A stretch of DNA of 63,129 bases. It comes from Candidatus Yanofskybacteria bacterium RIFCSPLOWO2_02_FULL_44_18 (lineage in GTDB: Bacteria > Patescibacteriota > Minisyncoccia > 2-02-FULL-40-12 > GWA2-44-9). Both the position numbers and the translations under genes were made by a program. Each line of letters starts with the position of its first letter. The first letter of the stretch is position 1. The notes under the pieces were generated by a model. It saw only the letters and a list, made by a program, of their open reading frames with translations, was not told the DNA's origin and searched no databases. The stretch is taken from NCBI GenBank assembly GCA_001794755.1, contig MGKT01000002.1:1-63129 (forward strand). The letters are read 5' to 3'. Below, piece by piece: positions 19,118-29,679 of the stretch.

Positions 19118-20640
19118 TGCACAGATCTCAAGTCCTATTCGCGTTGCTCTCTGCTTTTTTGGCTGGCGTTTTCCTGGCTTCTCTGATGCGAATTTCCTGG
19201 AGTCTTATTCTGATTTTTTCAATACTCGGGATTTCTATAATCGCGGTAGCGGGATACGAGAAAACATTCGGCCGTTTTGTTTCAAAAAGAAAAAAGGGGA
19301 TTGTCATCGGTTTTCTTCTTCTGGTTTTTGCTCTGGGGCTGGGCCGTTATTCGGCGTTTGAATACGGTCATACTCTTCTTGAGGAATTTAATAACCGCGA
19401 CAGCGAGGTGATTTTACGGGGATACATATCCGATGAGCTGGAAAATGACGGTGCAAAAACAAAATTCACATTTCGGGTAAAAGAAATCCAAACGCCGCAG
19501 ATTACGATTCCGGTTGACGAGAATGTTCTTATCAGGACGGATATTTTTCCGCCCAAGGCGTATGGCGATTTCTTGGAGATATCCGGAGTGCCCGAGAAAC
19601 CTCAGAATTTTTCCAATTTCGACTATATTATTTATTTAAAAAAGGAAGGCATCCGATCGATAATTGCTTTTCCGAGAATCAGGAAAATAGACGCGGTCAG
19701 AATCGGTATCTTCGAAAAATATAAAATCCCCGTTTTTAAAATGCTGTTTTCCGTAAAAAATAATTTTCAGGCGAGTATAAAAAAAGTTATGGCCGAACCC
19801 GATTCGGAATATATGAACGGCATATTGCTTGGTTCGCGGCAAAATATTCCGATTGAGATAAGGGAATCTTTCAATAAGACAGGCACAACGCATGTTTTGG
19901 CCTTGTCCGGATTCAACATAACGATAATAGCAAACGCACTTTTAATAACTCTCACTCAATTTATGCGCCGGAAAAAAGCATTTTGGGTTTCAAGCGGCAT
20001 AATCGTCCTCTTCACGATAATGGTCGGCGCCGGTCCATCAATCGCGAGAGCGACGATTATGGGTCTCATACTTCTTTTTGCTCAAAGCTACGGCCGGCTG
20101 TATAATCCGATGAACGCCATTTTATTCGCGGCCGCGCTGATGGTCTGGCTTAATCCTCTTATCTTAGTTCATGATATCGGTTTCCAGCTCTCCTTTATGG
20201 CCGTTATGGGCATTATCATGTTTCATCCCGTCTTTGAGAGGGCAATGCGTGCGTGGCCCGACAAATTCAAGATAAGGGAAAATTTGCAGATGACAATTTC
20301 TGCTCAAGTTTTAGTGATTCCTCTTTTGATGTATTATTTTCAGCAGTTTTCACTTGTTTCGTTGCCGGCGAATATTTTAATTTTGCCGCTTATACCTTTG
20401 GCCATGCTTCTTGGATTTTTGAGCGGCCTGGCCGGTTTAATCTTTATCCCTTTGGGCAAGGCTTTGGGAATCTTGGCCACCCTGGTATCCACATATCAGC
20501 TGACAGTCGTCGAATGGCTAGGGTCTTTTGAATTTTCCTCCTTGACGATTTCGATTAACGCGTATGTTTTATTCTTTTCATACTCGATCATTATTATATC
20601 CTTCTTAATCATGAGACAAAAAAATTCCCATGAAATTTAG
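19117..20640 (+). CDS. comEC: ComEC/Rec2 DNA uptake channel (no C-terminal metallo-beta-lactamase domain)
   Basis: G.LLG, F.KTGTTHVLALSGFNI, PSI.RA.IM, GFQLSF.A, S.P.N.L.LP. Confidence 0.93.
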   Translation: MHRSQVLFALLSAFLAGVFLASLMRISWSLILIFSILGISIIAVAGYEKTFGRFVSKRKKGIVIGFLLLVFALGLGRYSAFEYGHTLLEEFNNRDSEVILRGYISDELENDGAKTKFTFRVKEIQTPQITIPVDENVLIRTDIFPPKAYGDFLEISGVPEKPQNFSNFDYIIYLKKEGIRSIIAFPRIRKIDAVRIGIFEKYKIPVFKMLFSVKNNFQASIKKVMAEPDSEYMNGILLGSRQNIPIEIRESFNKTGTTHVLALSGFNITIIANALLITLTQFMRRKKAFWVSSGIIVLFTIMVGAGPSIARATIMGLILLFAQSYGRLYNPMNAILFAAALMVWLNPLILVHDIGFQLSFMAVMGIIMFHPVFERAMRAWPDKFKIRENLQMTISAQVLVIPLLMYYFQQFSLVSLPANILILPLIPLAMLLGFLSGLAGLIFIPLGKALGILATLVSTYQLTVVEWLGSFEFSSLTISINAYVLFFSYSIIIISFLIMRQKNSHEI

Positions 20641-21232
20641 TTGGTTTTTAATCATTCTGGCCGTATCGGGCCTGACCGGATATTATTGGGGACTTGGAAC
20701 TTCAGATAGATCGCAGGCGGCTTTTGTCCAATATAACACGGAGTCTTTTGCCCCGAAATTACCGACAAAAACGGAGCAGTGCGCGATGATAGGAAGTTTG
20801 CCGGATTCGGAATGCACGCCGGGATCTATATTTCCAAACGCAACGGTTGATAAAATATGCGTCAGCGGATACACGAAAACGGTCCGCAGCGTACCCGTAT
20901 CATTAAAAAAGAAGATTTATCGGATGTACGGCATCAAATATCCCCAACCGTTCGGAACCTATGAAGCCGACCATTTCATTCCTTTGGCTTTAGGCGGTGA
21001 CAATGACGTAGCCAATCTTTTTCCCGAGCCGGCCGAACCCCGCCCGGGATTTAAAGAAAAGGATTTGGTGGAAAGCTACTTATATGAAAAAGTTTGTTCC
21101 GGGGAGATAGAATTGCCGGCGGCTCAAAGAGCGATATCGGGGAATTGGCTTCAGGTTTATGATTCTTTGTCCGATTCTGAAATATCCAGATTAAAGAATA
21201 AATACAAAGATTGGACAAAAAGAGGAGATTAA
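20630..21232 (+). CDS. Membrane-anchored/secreted HNH-like nuclease
   Basis: N-terminal hydrophobic helix; YEADHFIPLALGGDNDVANL (DHxxP..GG...NL). Confidence 0.75.
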   Translation: MKFSWFLIILAVSGLTGYYWGLGTSDRSQAAFVQYNTESFAPKLPTKTEQCAMIGSLPDSECTPGSIFPNATVDKICVSGYTKTVRSVPVSLKKKIYRMYGIKYPQPFGTYEADHFIPLALGGDNDVANLFPEPAEPRPGFKEKDLVESYLYEKVCSGEIELPAAQRAISGNWLQVYDSLSDSEISRLKNKYKDWTKRGD

Positions 21233-21244
21233 TATTAATATTGA

Positions 21245-21784
21245 TTGAATATGAAAAAAGATTCTAGAAAGAAAAATATTAAATTGCAGCGAACTCTGAT
21301 TCTTCTGAAACCCGATGCCGTTAACCGCGGGATAGTCGGGGAAATTATCCAAAGATTTGAAAGAGTTGGCGCGAAAATGATGGGGCTCAAGCTCTTGGTT
21401 TCCGAAAAAGACACGGCCATGAGTCATTATACAGAGGATATTTCTATCAGACGCGGAGAAAGGGTAAGAAAAGCGATGATTGAAATGCTCACATCGGGCC
21501 CGATTATAGCCCTCGTTCTGGAGGGCGTTGACATGGTTGAGGTGGCTCGCAAACTTGTCGGATCAACCGAGCCAAAGGGTGCACAACCGGGGACAATCCG
21601 CGGGGATTACGCCCATGTGTCTTACGGATATTGCGATGAAAAACAGATAGGCATTTTCAATTTAATCCATGCATCGGGCAACGCAGAAGAAGCGGCGAGC
21701 GAAATTAATGTCTGGTTCAAACCCGAAGAACTCGTTACGCACAAGCCCCGCTACACCTACTACACCTTAAACGAGGATTTTTAG
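21245..21784 (+). CDS. ndk: Nucleoside diphosphate kinase
   Basis: RTLILLKPDAV.RG..GEI, G.T.P..A.PGTIRGD, NLIHASG catalytic His. Confidence 0.96.
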   Translation: MNMKKDSRKKNIKLQRTLILLKPDAVNRGIVGEIIQRFERVGAKMMGLKLLVSEKDTAMSHYTEDISIRRGERVRKAMIEMLTSGPIIALVLEGVDMVEVARKLVGSTEPKGAQPGTIRGDYAHVSYGYCDEKQIGIFNLIHASGNAEEAASEINVWFKPEELVTHKPRYTYYTLNEDF

Positions 21785-21902
21785 GCATAATTGATGAGAT
21801 TTTGAACGCCTAATCGACAACTTACTAACACGTTGTTCACAAATTAAAAAGCCGTCTCTCGAAAATGACGGCTATCCAAGTTTTAATATTAAAGCAAATT
21901 AA

Positions 21903-22691
21903 CTACATGATACCAAATCTTTCCTTGGCTTTTCTTGCTTCAGATCCTTTGTACATTAACTCAAACACTCTAAACAGGGTTCTTTTGTAAATAAGTTGCC
22001 CGGCAAAATAGTAGGCCACTTCATGTTGCTTCACATCCGGAAACATCAGGGGTAATCTAGGGTTGGTTAAATTAAGCGAATCATATTGGCCGTTCGTGTG
22101 GTCTTCCATAATGTATGGCATATCGTCTCTAATGGATTCTTTGTATCCCGGTAAATTCAGATCGTCCAATATTCCGAATTGAAATTCATAGGCATCAACC
22201 TCAACTCCGGCATTAGTAGCTCGACGGTTACCGAGGCGGGATTTAACATACAACTCTCTGACCAGAATTAATCCTCTTACTAATTCCGGCATAGGCAGAT
22301 CGCTTCTAAGGAGAATAACATTTGGCCGTGGCTCATACTGCGCGCCACGATGAATGATTCTTAGGACATCTTGCCATGGTTCGGGAGTGGATTTAACCTC
22401 ACAGATCGGCAATAGACCAAGCCAATCTTCAGTTGAAGTGTCGTCTAGGTATTCATATCCTCGTTTTTCCCGTGCAGGTGCTATTTTTACTAGAATTGCA
22501 CGATCATATATTTGTCTTAATCTTTGAAGATCTCCATTCTTGGTACTTCTCTTGAGCAGAGCGTCAAAAGCCATTGTCCACGGCTTTAGGCAACTCCTCT
22601 GCGTTTGAATATCTTTTGATATATTATTTCTTTGCGTTGTTAATGAACTTGTTGAGGCGGCAAGTAGAAGCATAATCAGTGTTCTGAACAT
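21903..22691 (-). CDS. Hypothetical secreted protein (262 aa), possibly degenerate zincin fold
   Basis: Signal-like N-terminus; LVRELYV...EVDAYEFQ; AT-rich. Confidence 0.65.
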   Translation of the reverse strand: MFRTLIMLLLAASTSSLTTQRNNISKDIQTQRSCLKPWTMAFDALLKRSTKNGDLQRLRQIYDRAILVKIAPAREKRGYEYLDDTSTEDWLGLLPICEVKSTPEPWQDVLRIIHRGAQYEPRPNVILLRSDLPMPELVRGLILVRELYVKSRLGNRRATNAGVEVDAYEFQFGILDDLNLPGYKESIRDDMPYIMEDHTNGQYDSLNLTNPRLPLMFPDVKQHEVAYYFAGQLIYKRTLFRVFELMYKGSEARKAKERFGIM

Positions 22692-22940
22692 ATTTACCCC
22701 CGATACTAAAAATAGAATAAATAAAAATTAGCCGGCCGTCAATTTTGCAAATGGGCAGGAATGGTATACTTGTATCAGCTTCTCTTTTGTCTGCAAAAGC
22801 TTTAGTCTAATTGACTATTTAGGGATCCTCATATTTTGTAGTTCTGATGATATCTCCTTGTTTGGGATTTCTGACGGGCTGCTCTGCGGGAACCCATCTT
22901 GGGAAAAATAGCTAAGCTTGGCAGATAGAAGTGAAGCCCA

Positions 22941-22969
22941 CTCAAAAACCGCCACTGGCGGTTTTTGAG
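22941..22969 (-). terminator. Intrinsic terminator downstream of tRNA-Pro
   Basis: CTCAAAAACCGCC / GGCGGTTTTTGAG perfect 13-bp stem. Confidence 0.8.
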
Positions 22970-22972
22970 TGA

Positions 22973-23046
22973 TGGTCGGGCCGTCGGGAATCGAACCCGA
23001 TCTACATCCACCCCATGGACGCGTACTACCGGCATACTCCGGCCCG
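22973..23046 (-). tRNA. tRNA-Pro(GGG) with encoded CCA
   Basis: Reverse complement: CGGGCCG..CGTCC-AT GGG GT-GGATG..TCGGG TTCGATT CCCGA CGGCCCG A CCA. Confidence 0.92.
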
Positions 23047-23087
23047 TTTTTGTGGTAAAATGATATCATATAATATAGCCAAAAAAA

Positions 23088-23510
23088 ATGACGTCAGAGG
23101 ATCCATTTTTAAAAGAGTTGTGGAAACATAAAGCCGACGAGGAGAAGGGGGAAACCCAGGAAGATAAGGATTTAAATTTATATTTTAAATTTAAAACCGA
23201 CGCAGCAAAATTCCATTCACTGATTCCGCTCATTGTGGAGTTGGAAAAAACGGTTGGTAAGTACGCACAGTCGGTTGCCAGATGGTCATCGGTGAGACAA
23301 GGTAAATCGGAAAAAGAAGTTATGATGGCAGCGGATCAAAATAGAAAACTGGCGCATAACATATTAATCGATATTGTGAATCAAATATCAAGGGAATACA
23401 AAAAACTTGGTTTGACAAATTCATGGCGAAGTGACATAATAGGTAACACGAGAGCAGAGCTTGGCGACTGGGCTCTGACCATAGCCAGAAAGGCTCTCAA
23501 CCATGAGTAA
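23088..23510 (+). CDS. Hypothetical protein, DUF3232-like
   Basis: R..AHN.LID..N..SR....G..NSWR..IG..R..LGDWA pattern; family recalled, not searched. Confidence 0.6.
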   Translation: MTSEDPFLKELWKHKADEEKGETQEDKDLNLYFKFKTDAAKFHSLIPLIVELEKTVGKYAQSVARWSSVRQGKSEKEVMMAADQNRKLAHNILIDIVNQISREYKKLGLTNSWRSDIIGNTRAELGDWALTIARKALNHE

Positions 23511-23521
23511 AGGGGGTAGCC

Positions 23522-23773
23522 GTGACATTGGGTGAATTCGCACAGGTTTGCCGCGGTCGCCCGGAACTGGACGGCCTTTGGCAAAAACTCGTTGACGAGG
23601 CCCATCGCCTCGTCTCAAGCAAGATTGGTTTCGTTTTTTTTGGCAGCGAGAATGCCGTCGAAGCCCCGTTTCTCGAAGCGAAGAATAAACTCGAAGAGGC
23701 GGCAATGAAGATCGGAGTCGAATATCCGGACTTGAGCTTCAAAGAGTTTAAGAACTGGATTCTTCGTTACTAA
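23522..23773 (+). CDS. Small orphan protein (83 aa)
   Basis: GTG start with purine-rich SD; followed by the AACCCCGTG/CACGGGGTT hairpin. Confidence 0.55.
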   Translation: MTLGEFAQVCRGRPELDGLWQKLVDEAHRLVSSKIGFVFFGSENAVEAPFLEAKNKLEEAAMKIGVEYPDLSFKEFKNWILRY

Positions 23774-23802
23774 AACCCCGTGTTGTTTACACGGGGTTCA
23801 TT

Positions 23803-23991
23803 TTAAGCAACTTTTAGTTTAGTCAGCGTTTTGATGCAATCAGTACAAATTTTGATTCTTTTACCATCAAGCCTGGCCCATTGAAGATTAATGTATCTCT
23901 TGGATTTTAAGGTCGGGTTATATTTGCCACGCAAAAGGACGCGCCTGGTGGCCATGATTGGTTTTTTCCCGCATTTTGGACATCTAGTCAT
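23803..23991 (-). CDS. rpmB: 50S ribosomal protein bL28 (Zn-ribbon type)
   Basis: CPKCGK...RGKYNPT.K...NLQW....KRIKICTDC. Confidence 0.88.
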   Translation of the reverse strand: MTRCPKCGKKPIMATRRVLLRGKYNPTLKSKRYINLQWARLDGKRIKICTDCIKTLTKLKVA

Positions 23992-24002
23992 TTTAAACTT
24001 GT

Positions 24003-24045
24003 CGACCGCTCTGCCAACCGCTTCGCGGTAATGGCAGAGCGGTCG
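24003..24045. repeat. GC-rich palindromic (REP-like) element, copy 1
   Basis: 14-bp stem CGACCGCTCTGCCA/TGGCAGAGCGGTCG; 35 nt identical to 25678-25712. Confidence 0.85.
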
Positions 24046-24098
24046 GTTGCGTTACATTAAATCTTTTACATAGTACATCAAAAATGATACTCTAGCAA

Positions 24099-24719
24099 GT
24101 GACCATAATGTTAGATATATTCAAAATCGTTGTCTTTATTTTATCCGTCGTTATTCACGAAGTCAGCCATGGCGTAATGGCTAATTCTTTGGGAGATTCG
24201 ACGGCTAAGGATTTGGGCCGGATAACGCTTAATCCCTTCAAGCATATTGATATTTTTGGTTCTGTTATATTACCCCTGATGCTCTTACTGACGAATGTCG
24301 GATTTATTTTCGGGTATGCCAAGCCCGTGCCGTACAACCCCGCGAATTTGAGAGACAAAAAATACGGACCGGCCAAAGTGGCGTTTGCCGGTCCCGCTTC
24401 CAATATTATTTTGGCGATAGTGTTCGGCATATTATTGAGATTCATGCCGGATATATTCGCATCGCCGTTGATCCCTCAGCTCTTTTTGTACATTGTTTGG
24501 ATTAATTTGGCTTTGGCCATATTCAATCTCTTTCCGATTCCGCCTTTAGACGGTCACTGGCTTTTGATGGCGATTCTGCCGGACAGACTGCAGGCGGTTA
24601 AAATATTTTTGTACCGGTACAGCATCGTATTATTTTTGGCCCTTCTTTTCTTTATCGGCCCGATTCTTTCGGCAATTGTTTTCTCCTTAATGTCGCTATT
24701 AACGGGCATCAGGTTATGA
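24099..24719 (+). CDS. Site-2 protease (peptidase M50)
   Basis: HEVSH, GRITLNP..H.D..G, AGP.SN, NL.P.PPLDG. Confidence 0.94.
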   Translation: MTIMLDIFKIVVFILSVVIHEVSHGVMANSLGDSTAKDLGRITLNPFKHIDIFGSVILPLMLLLTNVGFIFGYAKPVPYNPANLRDKKYGPAKVAFAGPASNIILAIVFGILLRFMPDIFASPLIPQLFLYIVWINLALAIFNLFPIPPLDGHWLLMAILPDRLQAVKIFLYRYSIVLFLALLFFIGPILSAIVFSLMSLLTGIRL

Positions 24720-24722
24720 TTA

Positions 24723-24752
24723 TTGACGGTTCTTCCATTTCTCTGATATACT
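24723..24752 (+). promoter_or_regulatory. Promoter of the str operon
   Basis: TTGACG - 18 bp - TATACT with TG extension. Confidence 0.65.
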
Positions 24753-24780
24753 ACATCTCGCCTTCGGGCTTTATTTGTAT

Positions 24781-25197
24781 ATGCCAACATTCAGACAGCT
24801 TTTAAAAAATCCGAGAAGGAAAGTCAAAGCGAAAACAAAGTCGCCGGCTTTGACTTTCGGTTTCAATTCTATTCACAATCGGCCGGTTGTATATCCGGCT
24901 CCTTTCAAGCGAGGCGTGTGCATTCAGGTTAGAACCATGACGCCTAAAAAACCAAATTCGGCCTTAAGAAAAATAGCCAGAGTCAGGTTAACCAACGGAC
25001 AAGAAGTGACCGCGTATATTCCCGGTATCGGCCATAATCTGCAAGAACACTCGGTGGTCATAATCCGCGGCGGGCGCGTAAAGGATTTGCCGGGCGTGCG
25101 CTATCATATCGTCAGAGGCCGGCTTGACGCGAGCGGCGTAGACGGCCGAAAACAAGAGCGCTCAAAATACGGGGCTAAAAAACCTAGAACAGCTTAA
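24781..25197 (+). CDS. rpsL: 30S ribosomal protein uS12
   Basis: [30 protein letters not shown]. Confidence 0.98.
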   Translation: MPTFRQLLKNPRRKVKAKTKSPALTFGFNSIHNRPVVYPAPFKRGVCIQVRTMTPKKPNSALRKIARVRLTNGQEVTAYIPGIGHNLQEHSVVIIRGGRVKDLPGVRYHIVRGRLDASGVDGRKQERSKYGAKKPRTA

Positions 25198-25664
25198 TGA
25201 GAAGACCGATTAAAAAAAGAATTGTCATAGAACCGGACATTAAGTACGGCAGTCTTTTGGTTTCTAAATTGACGAATAAGATAATGAACAACGGCAAGAA
25301 AGCTGTGGCGGAAAAAATCGTCTACGGCGCTTTGGAAATCGCTGAGAAAAAAGTAAACAAGCCGGCGCTGGAGCTTTTAGAAATCGCGATTCAAAATGCC
25401 GGTCCGAATCAGGAGCTCAAATCTCGCCGAATCGGTGGGGCTAATTACCAGGTTCCGATTGAAGTTCGTCCGGAACGAAAGCTGGCTTTAGCCATCCGCT
25501 GGATTACTGGCGCCGCCCGCAGTCAAAAAGGAAAGCCGATGCGGGAAAAATTAGCCGAGGAACTGATTAATGCTTTTAACAATACGGGGGGAGCGGTCAA
25601 GAAAAAAATGGATACTCACCGAATGGCCGAGGCCAACAAAGCATTTGCTCATTTTGCCTGGTAA
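25197..25664 (+). CDS. rpsG: 30S ribosomal protein uS7
   Basis: SRRIGGANYQVP, H.MAEANKAFAHF. Confidence 0.98.
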   Translation: MRRPIKKRIVIEPDIKYGSLLVSKLTNKIMNNGKKAVAEKIVYGALEIAEKKVNKPALELLEIAIQNAGPNQELKSRRIGGANYQVPIEVRPERKLALAIRWITGAARSQKGKPMREKLAEELINAFNNTGGAVKKKMDTHRMAEANKAFAHFAW

Positions 25665-25677
25665 TTGAATAACTTGC

Positions 25678-25821
25678 CGACCGCTCTGCCAACCGCTTCG
25701 CGGTAATGGCAGTACGCTCTTGGCCATCTGCTTCGTTAAAAGCTTCGTTTGATTCTCGCCGTAGCTAAAGTACGCCTCGAATCAATCCTCGCTTTATGCC
25801 TCGCAGATGGCCAAGTCGGCG
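25678..25821. repeat. Composite palindromic element (REP-like copy 2 plus a second inverted repeat)
   Basis: 35-nt repeat at 25678-25712, then 13-bp IR CTTGGCCATCTGC (25719-25731) / GCAGATGGCCAAG (25803-25815). Confidence 0.8.
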
Positions 25822-25870
25822 CCGTTATTGTTAGCGACACTATTATTATAGGAAAGGATAAATAATTTAT

Positions 25871-27976
25871 ATGGCACGAGAATATCCGTTAGAAAAAGTC
25901 AGAAATATAGGGGTCATTGCCCACATTGATGCCGGAAAAACAACCGTTTCCGAGCGCATTTTGTTTTACACTGGAATTTCTCATAAAATCGGCGAGGTCC
26001 ATGAGGGCGATACGGTGATGGATTGGATGGAACAGGAAAGGGAAAGAGGAATCACAATAACTGCCGCGGCCACGACCGCGTACTGGACGCCGACCACGGC
26101 CGGCAGCGACGCGAGCCAGAAGATAAAAATAAACTTGATTGACACTCCCGGCCATATTGATTTTACAATCGAAGTCAAAAGATCTCTTCGGGTTCTGGAC
26201 GGCGCGGTTGTCGTTTTTGACGGTGTGGCCGGCGTGGAACCGCAATCGGAAACGAACTGGCGCTATGCCGACGATTATAACGTTCCCCGAATCTGTTTTA
26301 TAAACAAGCTCGACCGCTTAGGCGCCTCTTTTGACAGATCGTTTGAGTCGATACTGGAACGGCTTTCTCCAAACGCCGTTAAAATGCAGATTCCTGACGG
26401 CCACGAAGATAAATTTACGGGCGTGGTTGATTTGCTTTCTATGAAATTCGTTCAGTTTGAGGGCCAAAAAGGAGAAAATGTCGCGTATAAAGATATACCC
26501 GAAGATTTGAAAGCCTTGGCCGAAAAAGAAAGAGCCATTTTAATCGAAAAAATTGTAGAAACAGACGATCAGGCGATGCAAAAGTATTTGGACGGCAAAG
26601 AAATTAATCCGGATCAGCTTAAAATTATTCTTCGCAACGCGGTTATAGCCGGAAAAATATATCCCGTCTTCTGCGGTTCAGCTCTAAAAAATAAAGGCGT
26701 CCAGCTGGTATTGGATGCCGTGGCTTGGTACTTGCCGGCCCCAATCGATATTCCGCCCACTACCGGCACGGATGATAAGGGCAACTCGGTGGCGGTTGAA
26801 GCAAAAGACGAAGCTCCTTTCAGGGCTTTGGCCTTCAAAGTGGCAACGGATCCTTTTGTCGGCCAGCTTACATTCTTCAGGGTATACTCGGGCGTTCTAT
26901 CGGCCGGGTCATATGTTTTAAATACGAGAACGGGCCAGCAGGAAAGAATAGGCCGGATTGTGAGATTGCATGCCAATCAGAGAGAAGACATAAAAGAAAT
27001 CGATGCCGGTGGCATTGCGGCCGCTGTTGGCTTAAAAGCGACAAAAACCGGAGATACTCTTTGCGATCCCGACAATCCAATTATTTTGATGGGGATTGAT
27101 GCTCCGGAGCCGGTCATATCTCTTAGAATTGAACCGAAAACAAAAGCCGATCAGGAAAAAATGGGTATTGCTTTGAGGAAACTTTCCGACGAAGACCCCA
27201 CATTCAGAATTAAAGGCGATGAAGAAACGGGCGAGATTATCATTTCCGGCATGGGCGAGCTGCATTTAGAAGTATTGGTAGACAGAATGAGAAGAGAATT
27301 CAGCGTTGAAGCCAATACCGGCCGGCCTCAAGTGGCGTACAAGGAAACAATATCCAATGAAGCCCAGGCCGAAGGTAAATATATCCGTCAGTCCGGCGGC
27401 CGGGGCCAGTATGGCCACGTTTGGCTTAAAGTCGAACCTTTGGAAAGAGGGAAGGGTTATGAATTCGTTGATGCCATCAAGGGCGGTGCCATTCCCCAAG
27501 AATTCATACCGGCTACTGAAAAAGGCGTCCGAGAAGCTTTGGACAAAGGAATACTGGCCGGCTTTCCGGTCGTCGACATGAAGGTTACATTATATGACGG
27601 CTCGTACCACGATGTTGATTCTTCGGAAATGGCGTTTAAGATTGCCGGATCTATGGCTTTGCAGGAAGCGGCCAAAAGAGCAAAGCCTCTGATACTGGAA
27701 CCGATTATGAAAGTCGAAATTATAACTCCGGAAGTAACGCTGGGAGAAACAACGGGAGACTTGGCGTCAAGAAGAGGCCAGATTATGAGCATAGAAGACA
27801 GAAATCCTTTGAATCTTAAAATCATCGACGCCAGAGTGCCGCTTTCGGAAATGTTCGGCTACGCCACGACCCTTAGATCTCTTACTCAAGGCCGAGGCAC
27901 GTTTACCATGGAATTTGATCATTATGAACCTGTACCCCAGAATATTGCCCAGCAGATAATAGAAGGGAAAAAGTAA
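25871..27976 (+). CDS. fusA: Elongation factor G
   Basis: [23 protein letters not shown], full domain set. Confidence 0.99.
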   Translation: MAREYPLEKVRNIGVIAHIDAGKTTVSERILFYTGISHKIGEVHEGDTVMDWMEQERERGITITAAATTAYWTPTTAGSDASQKIKINLIDTPGHIDFTIEVKRSLRVLDGAVVVFDGVAGVEPQSETNWRYADDYNVPRICFINKLDRLGASFDRSFESILERLSPNAVKMQIPDGHEDKFTGVVDLLSMKFVQFEGQKGENVAYKDIPEDLKALAEKERAILIEKIVETDDQAMQKYLDGKEINPDQLKIILRNAVIAGKIYPVFCGSALKNKGVQLVLDAVAWYLPAPIDIPPTTGTDDKGNSVAVEAKDEAPFRALAFKVATDPFVGQLTFFRVYSGVLSAGSYVLNTRTGQQERIGRIVRLHANQREDIKEIDAGGIAAAVGLKATKTGDTLCDPDNPIILMGIDAPEPVISLRIEPKTKADQEKMGIALRKLSDEDPTFRIKGDEETGEIIISGMGELHLEVLVDRMRREFSVEANTGRPQVAYKETISNEAQAEGKYIRQSGGRGQYGHVWLKVEPLERGKGYEFVDAIKGGAIPQEFIPATEKGVREALDKGILAGFPVVDMKVTLYDGSYHDVDSSEMAFKIAGSMALQEAAKRAKPLILEPIMKVEIITPEVTLGETTGDLASRRGQIMSIEDRNPLNLKIIDARVPLSEMFGYATTLRSLTQGRGTFTMEFDHYEPVPQNIAQQIIEGKK

Positions 27977-28014
27977 GTTGCCTTAAATAAATAATTTTGG
28001 TATTACACCGCTAT

Positions 28015-28290
28015 ATGAATATCAACGAACTCAAGCAGTTGTTAAAGGATGGTAAGACAAATGTACTGGTGCTCGATAATGGTGAGCCGGTCTTTGTCGT
28101 GGTTTCATACGATCAATTCAAATCTATGAACATGGAAAAAGAAATAAAGGTAAACCACGCGCCGGAAATTCCCAGGCCGGAAAAGCAGCCGCTAGGCGAG
28201 GGAGAATTGGAAATATTAGAGAGAATAAACAAAGACATTCAGGCCTTGAAAGACGAACTCGAGAAGGAAGAAAAAATGCTGGACTTATAA
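28015..28290 (+). CDS. Small Phd/YefM-like hypothetical protein
   Basis: V.VL.NGEP.FVV.SY..F strand pattern plus acidic helical C-terminus. Confidence 0.6.
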   Translation: MNINELKQLLKDGKTNVLVLDNGEPVFVVVSYDQFKSMNMEKEIKVNHAPEIPRPEKQPLGEGELEILERINKDIQALKDELEKEEKMLDL

Positions 28291-28293
28291 ATA

Positions 28294-28322
28294 TTGACAT
28301 ATCTTTCTCATTGGATTAGAAT
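28294..28322 (+). promoter_or_regulatory. Promoter upstream of tuf
   Basis: TTGACA - 17 bp - TAGAAT. Confidence 0.8.
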
Positions 28323-28429
28323 ATAATCACTAGTTTGCGTCTATATACATAAACATAGACTACGGGATAAAAACTTAGAGCCGGAGGAATATCTTGCGCT
28401 AAATTTCTAACCCCTAGTAATCAGACCAG

Positions 28430-29632
28430 ATGGCAGGAAAATTTGAGAGATCCAAGCCGCACATGAATGTCGGCACAATCGGGCACGTCGACCACGGTAA
28501 AACAACTTTAACCGCGTCTATTTTGCGCGTCGCCGATTTGTTAAAAGATGAAGGCTACAGCGCTCGGGTTGAAGGAATTGATCAGATTGATAAGGCGCCG
28601 GAAGAAAAAGCCAGAGGCATTACCATTTCATTGCACCACTCCGAATATGAGACGCCGAAAAGGCACTATGCCCACGTTGACGCTCCAGGCCATGCCGATT
28701 ACATCAAAAACATGATAACCGGTGCTGCACAGATGGACGGCGCCGTATTGGTTGTCGCCGCGACTGACGGTCCTATGCCTCAAACTCGGGAACACATTCT
28801 TTTGGCTCGCCAAGTCGGCGTCCCATCCATAGTCGTATTCATGAATAAGTGCGATCAGGTTGATGATCCGGAAATGCTTGATTTGGTTGAAGCGGAAATC
28901 AGGGAACTTTTAAACAAATACCAATTTCCCGGTGATACCACTCCGATTATCCGCGGTTCCGGTTTGAAAGCCTTGGAGGCTAAATCAAAAGATGATCCCG
29001 CTGTTCAGCCAATCAAAGAACTCTTGAACGCTTTGGATACATTTTTCTCCGATCCGGTCAGAGATATCGACAAGCCGTTTCTTATGCCTATCGAGGATAT
29101 ATTTTCAATCGAAGGCCGAGGCACGGTTGTTACCGGACGAGTTGAAAGAGGAAAGGTTAAAGTTAATGAAGAAATTGAAATTGTCGGTTTAAAACCAACA
29201 GCCAAAACAGTTGTTACTGGTATTGAAATGTTCAACAAGCAGCTTGACGAGGGTTTGGCTGGAGATAATGCCGGTATTTTGCTTCGAGGCACTAAGAAAG
29301 AAGATATCGAAAGAGGCCAAGTATTGGCCAAGCCCGGTACCATTACTCCCCATACCGATTTCGACGCCGAAATATATATATTAACAAAGGAAGAAGGCGG
29401 AAGGCATACCCCGTTTTTCAAGGGCTATAAGCCGCAATTCTATTTCCGAACCACAGACGTTACCGGAGAAGTATTCTTGCCCGAAGGAACCGAAATGATT
29501 ATGCCCGGCGACACCGTTAACCTTAAAGTTAAACTTATTGCACCAATTGCCATGGAGGAAAAACAGAGATTTGCCATCCGAGAAGGCGGTAAAACCGTAG
29601 GCGCGGGAGCAGTAACAAAAATAAACGCATAA
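28430..29632 (+). CDS. tuf: Elongation factor Tu
   Basis: [26 protein letters not shown]. Confidence 0.99.
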   Translation: MAGKFERSKPHMNVGTIGHVDHGKTTLTASILRVADLLKDEGYSARVEGIDQIDKAPEEKARGITISLHHSEYETPKRHYAHVDAPGHADYIKNMITGAAQMDGAVLVVAATDGPMPQTREHILLARQVGVPSIVVFMNKCDQVDDPEMLDLVEAEIRELLNKYQFPGDTTPIIRGSGLKALEAKSKDDPAVQPIKELLNALDTFFSDPVRDIDKPFLMPIEDIFSIEGRGTVVTGRVERGKVKVNEEIEIVGLKPTAKTVVTGIEMFNKQLDEGLAGDNAGILLRGTKKEDIERGQVLAKPGTITPHTDFDAEIYILTKEEGGRHTPFFKGYKPQFYFRTTDVTGEVFLPEGTEMIMPGDTVNLKVKLIAPIAMEEKQRFAIREGGKTVGAGAVTKINA

Positions 29633-29679
29633 ATTAAAGACACGCTCTGAGAGCGTGTCTCCTGTTCTTTATTAACAGC

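Noticed and set aside
22815-23069. ORFs overlapping tRNA-Pro
   Set aside because: They run through the tRNA and its terminator. A small remnant at 22815-22935 cannot be supported from sequence alone.
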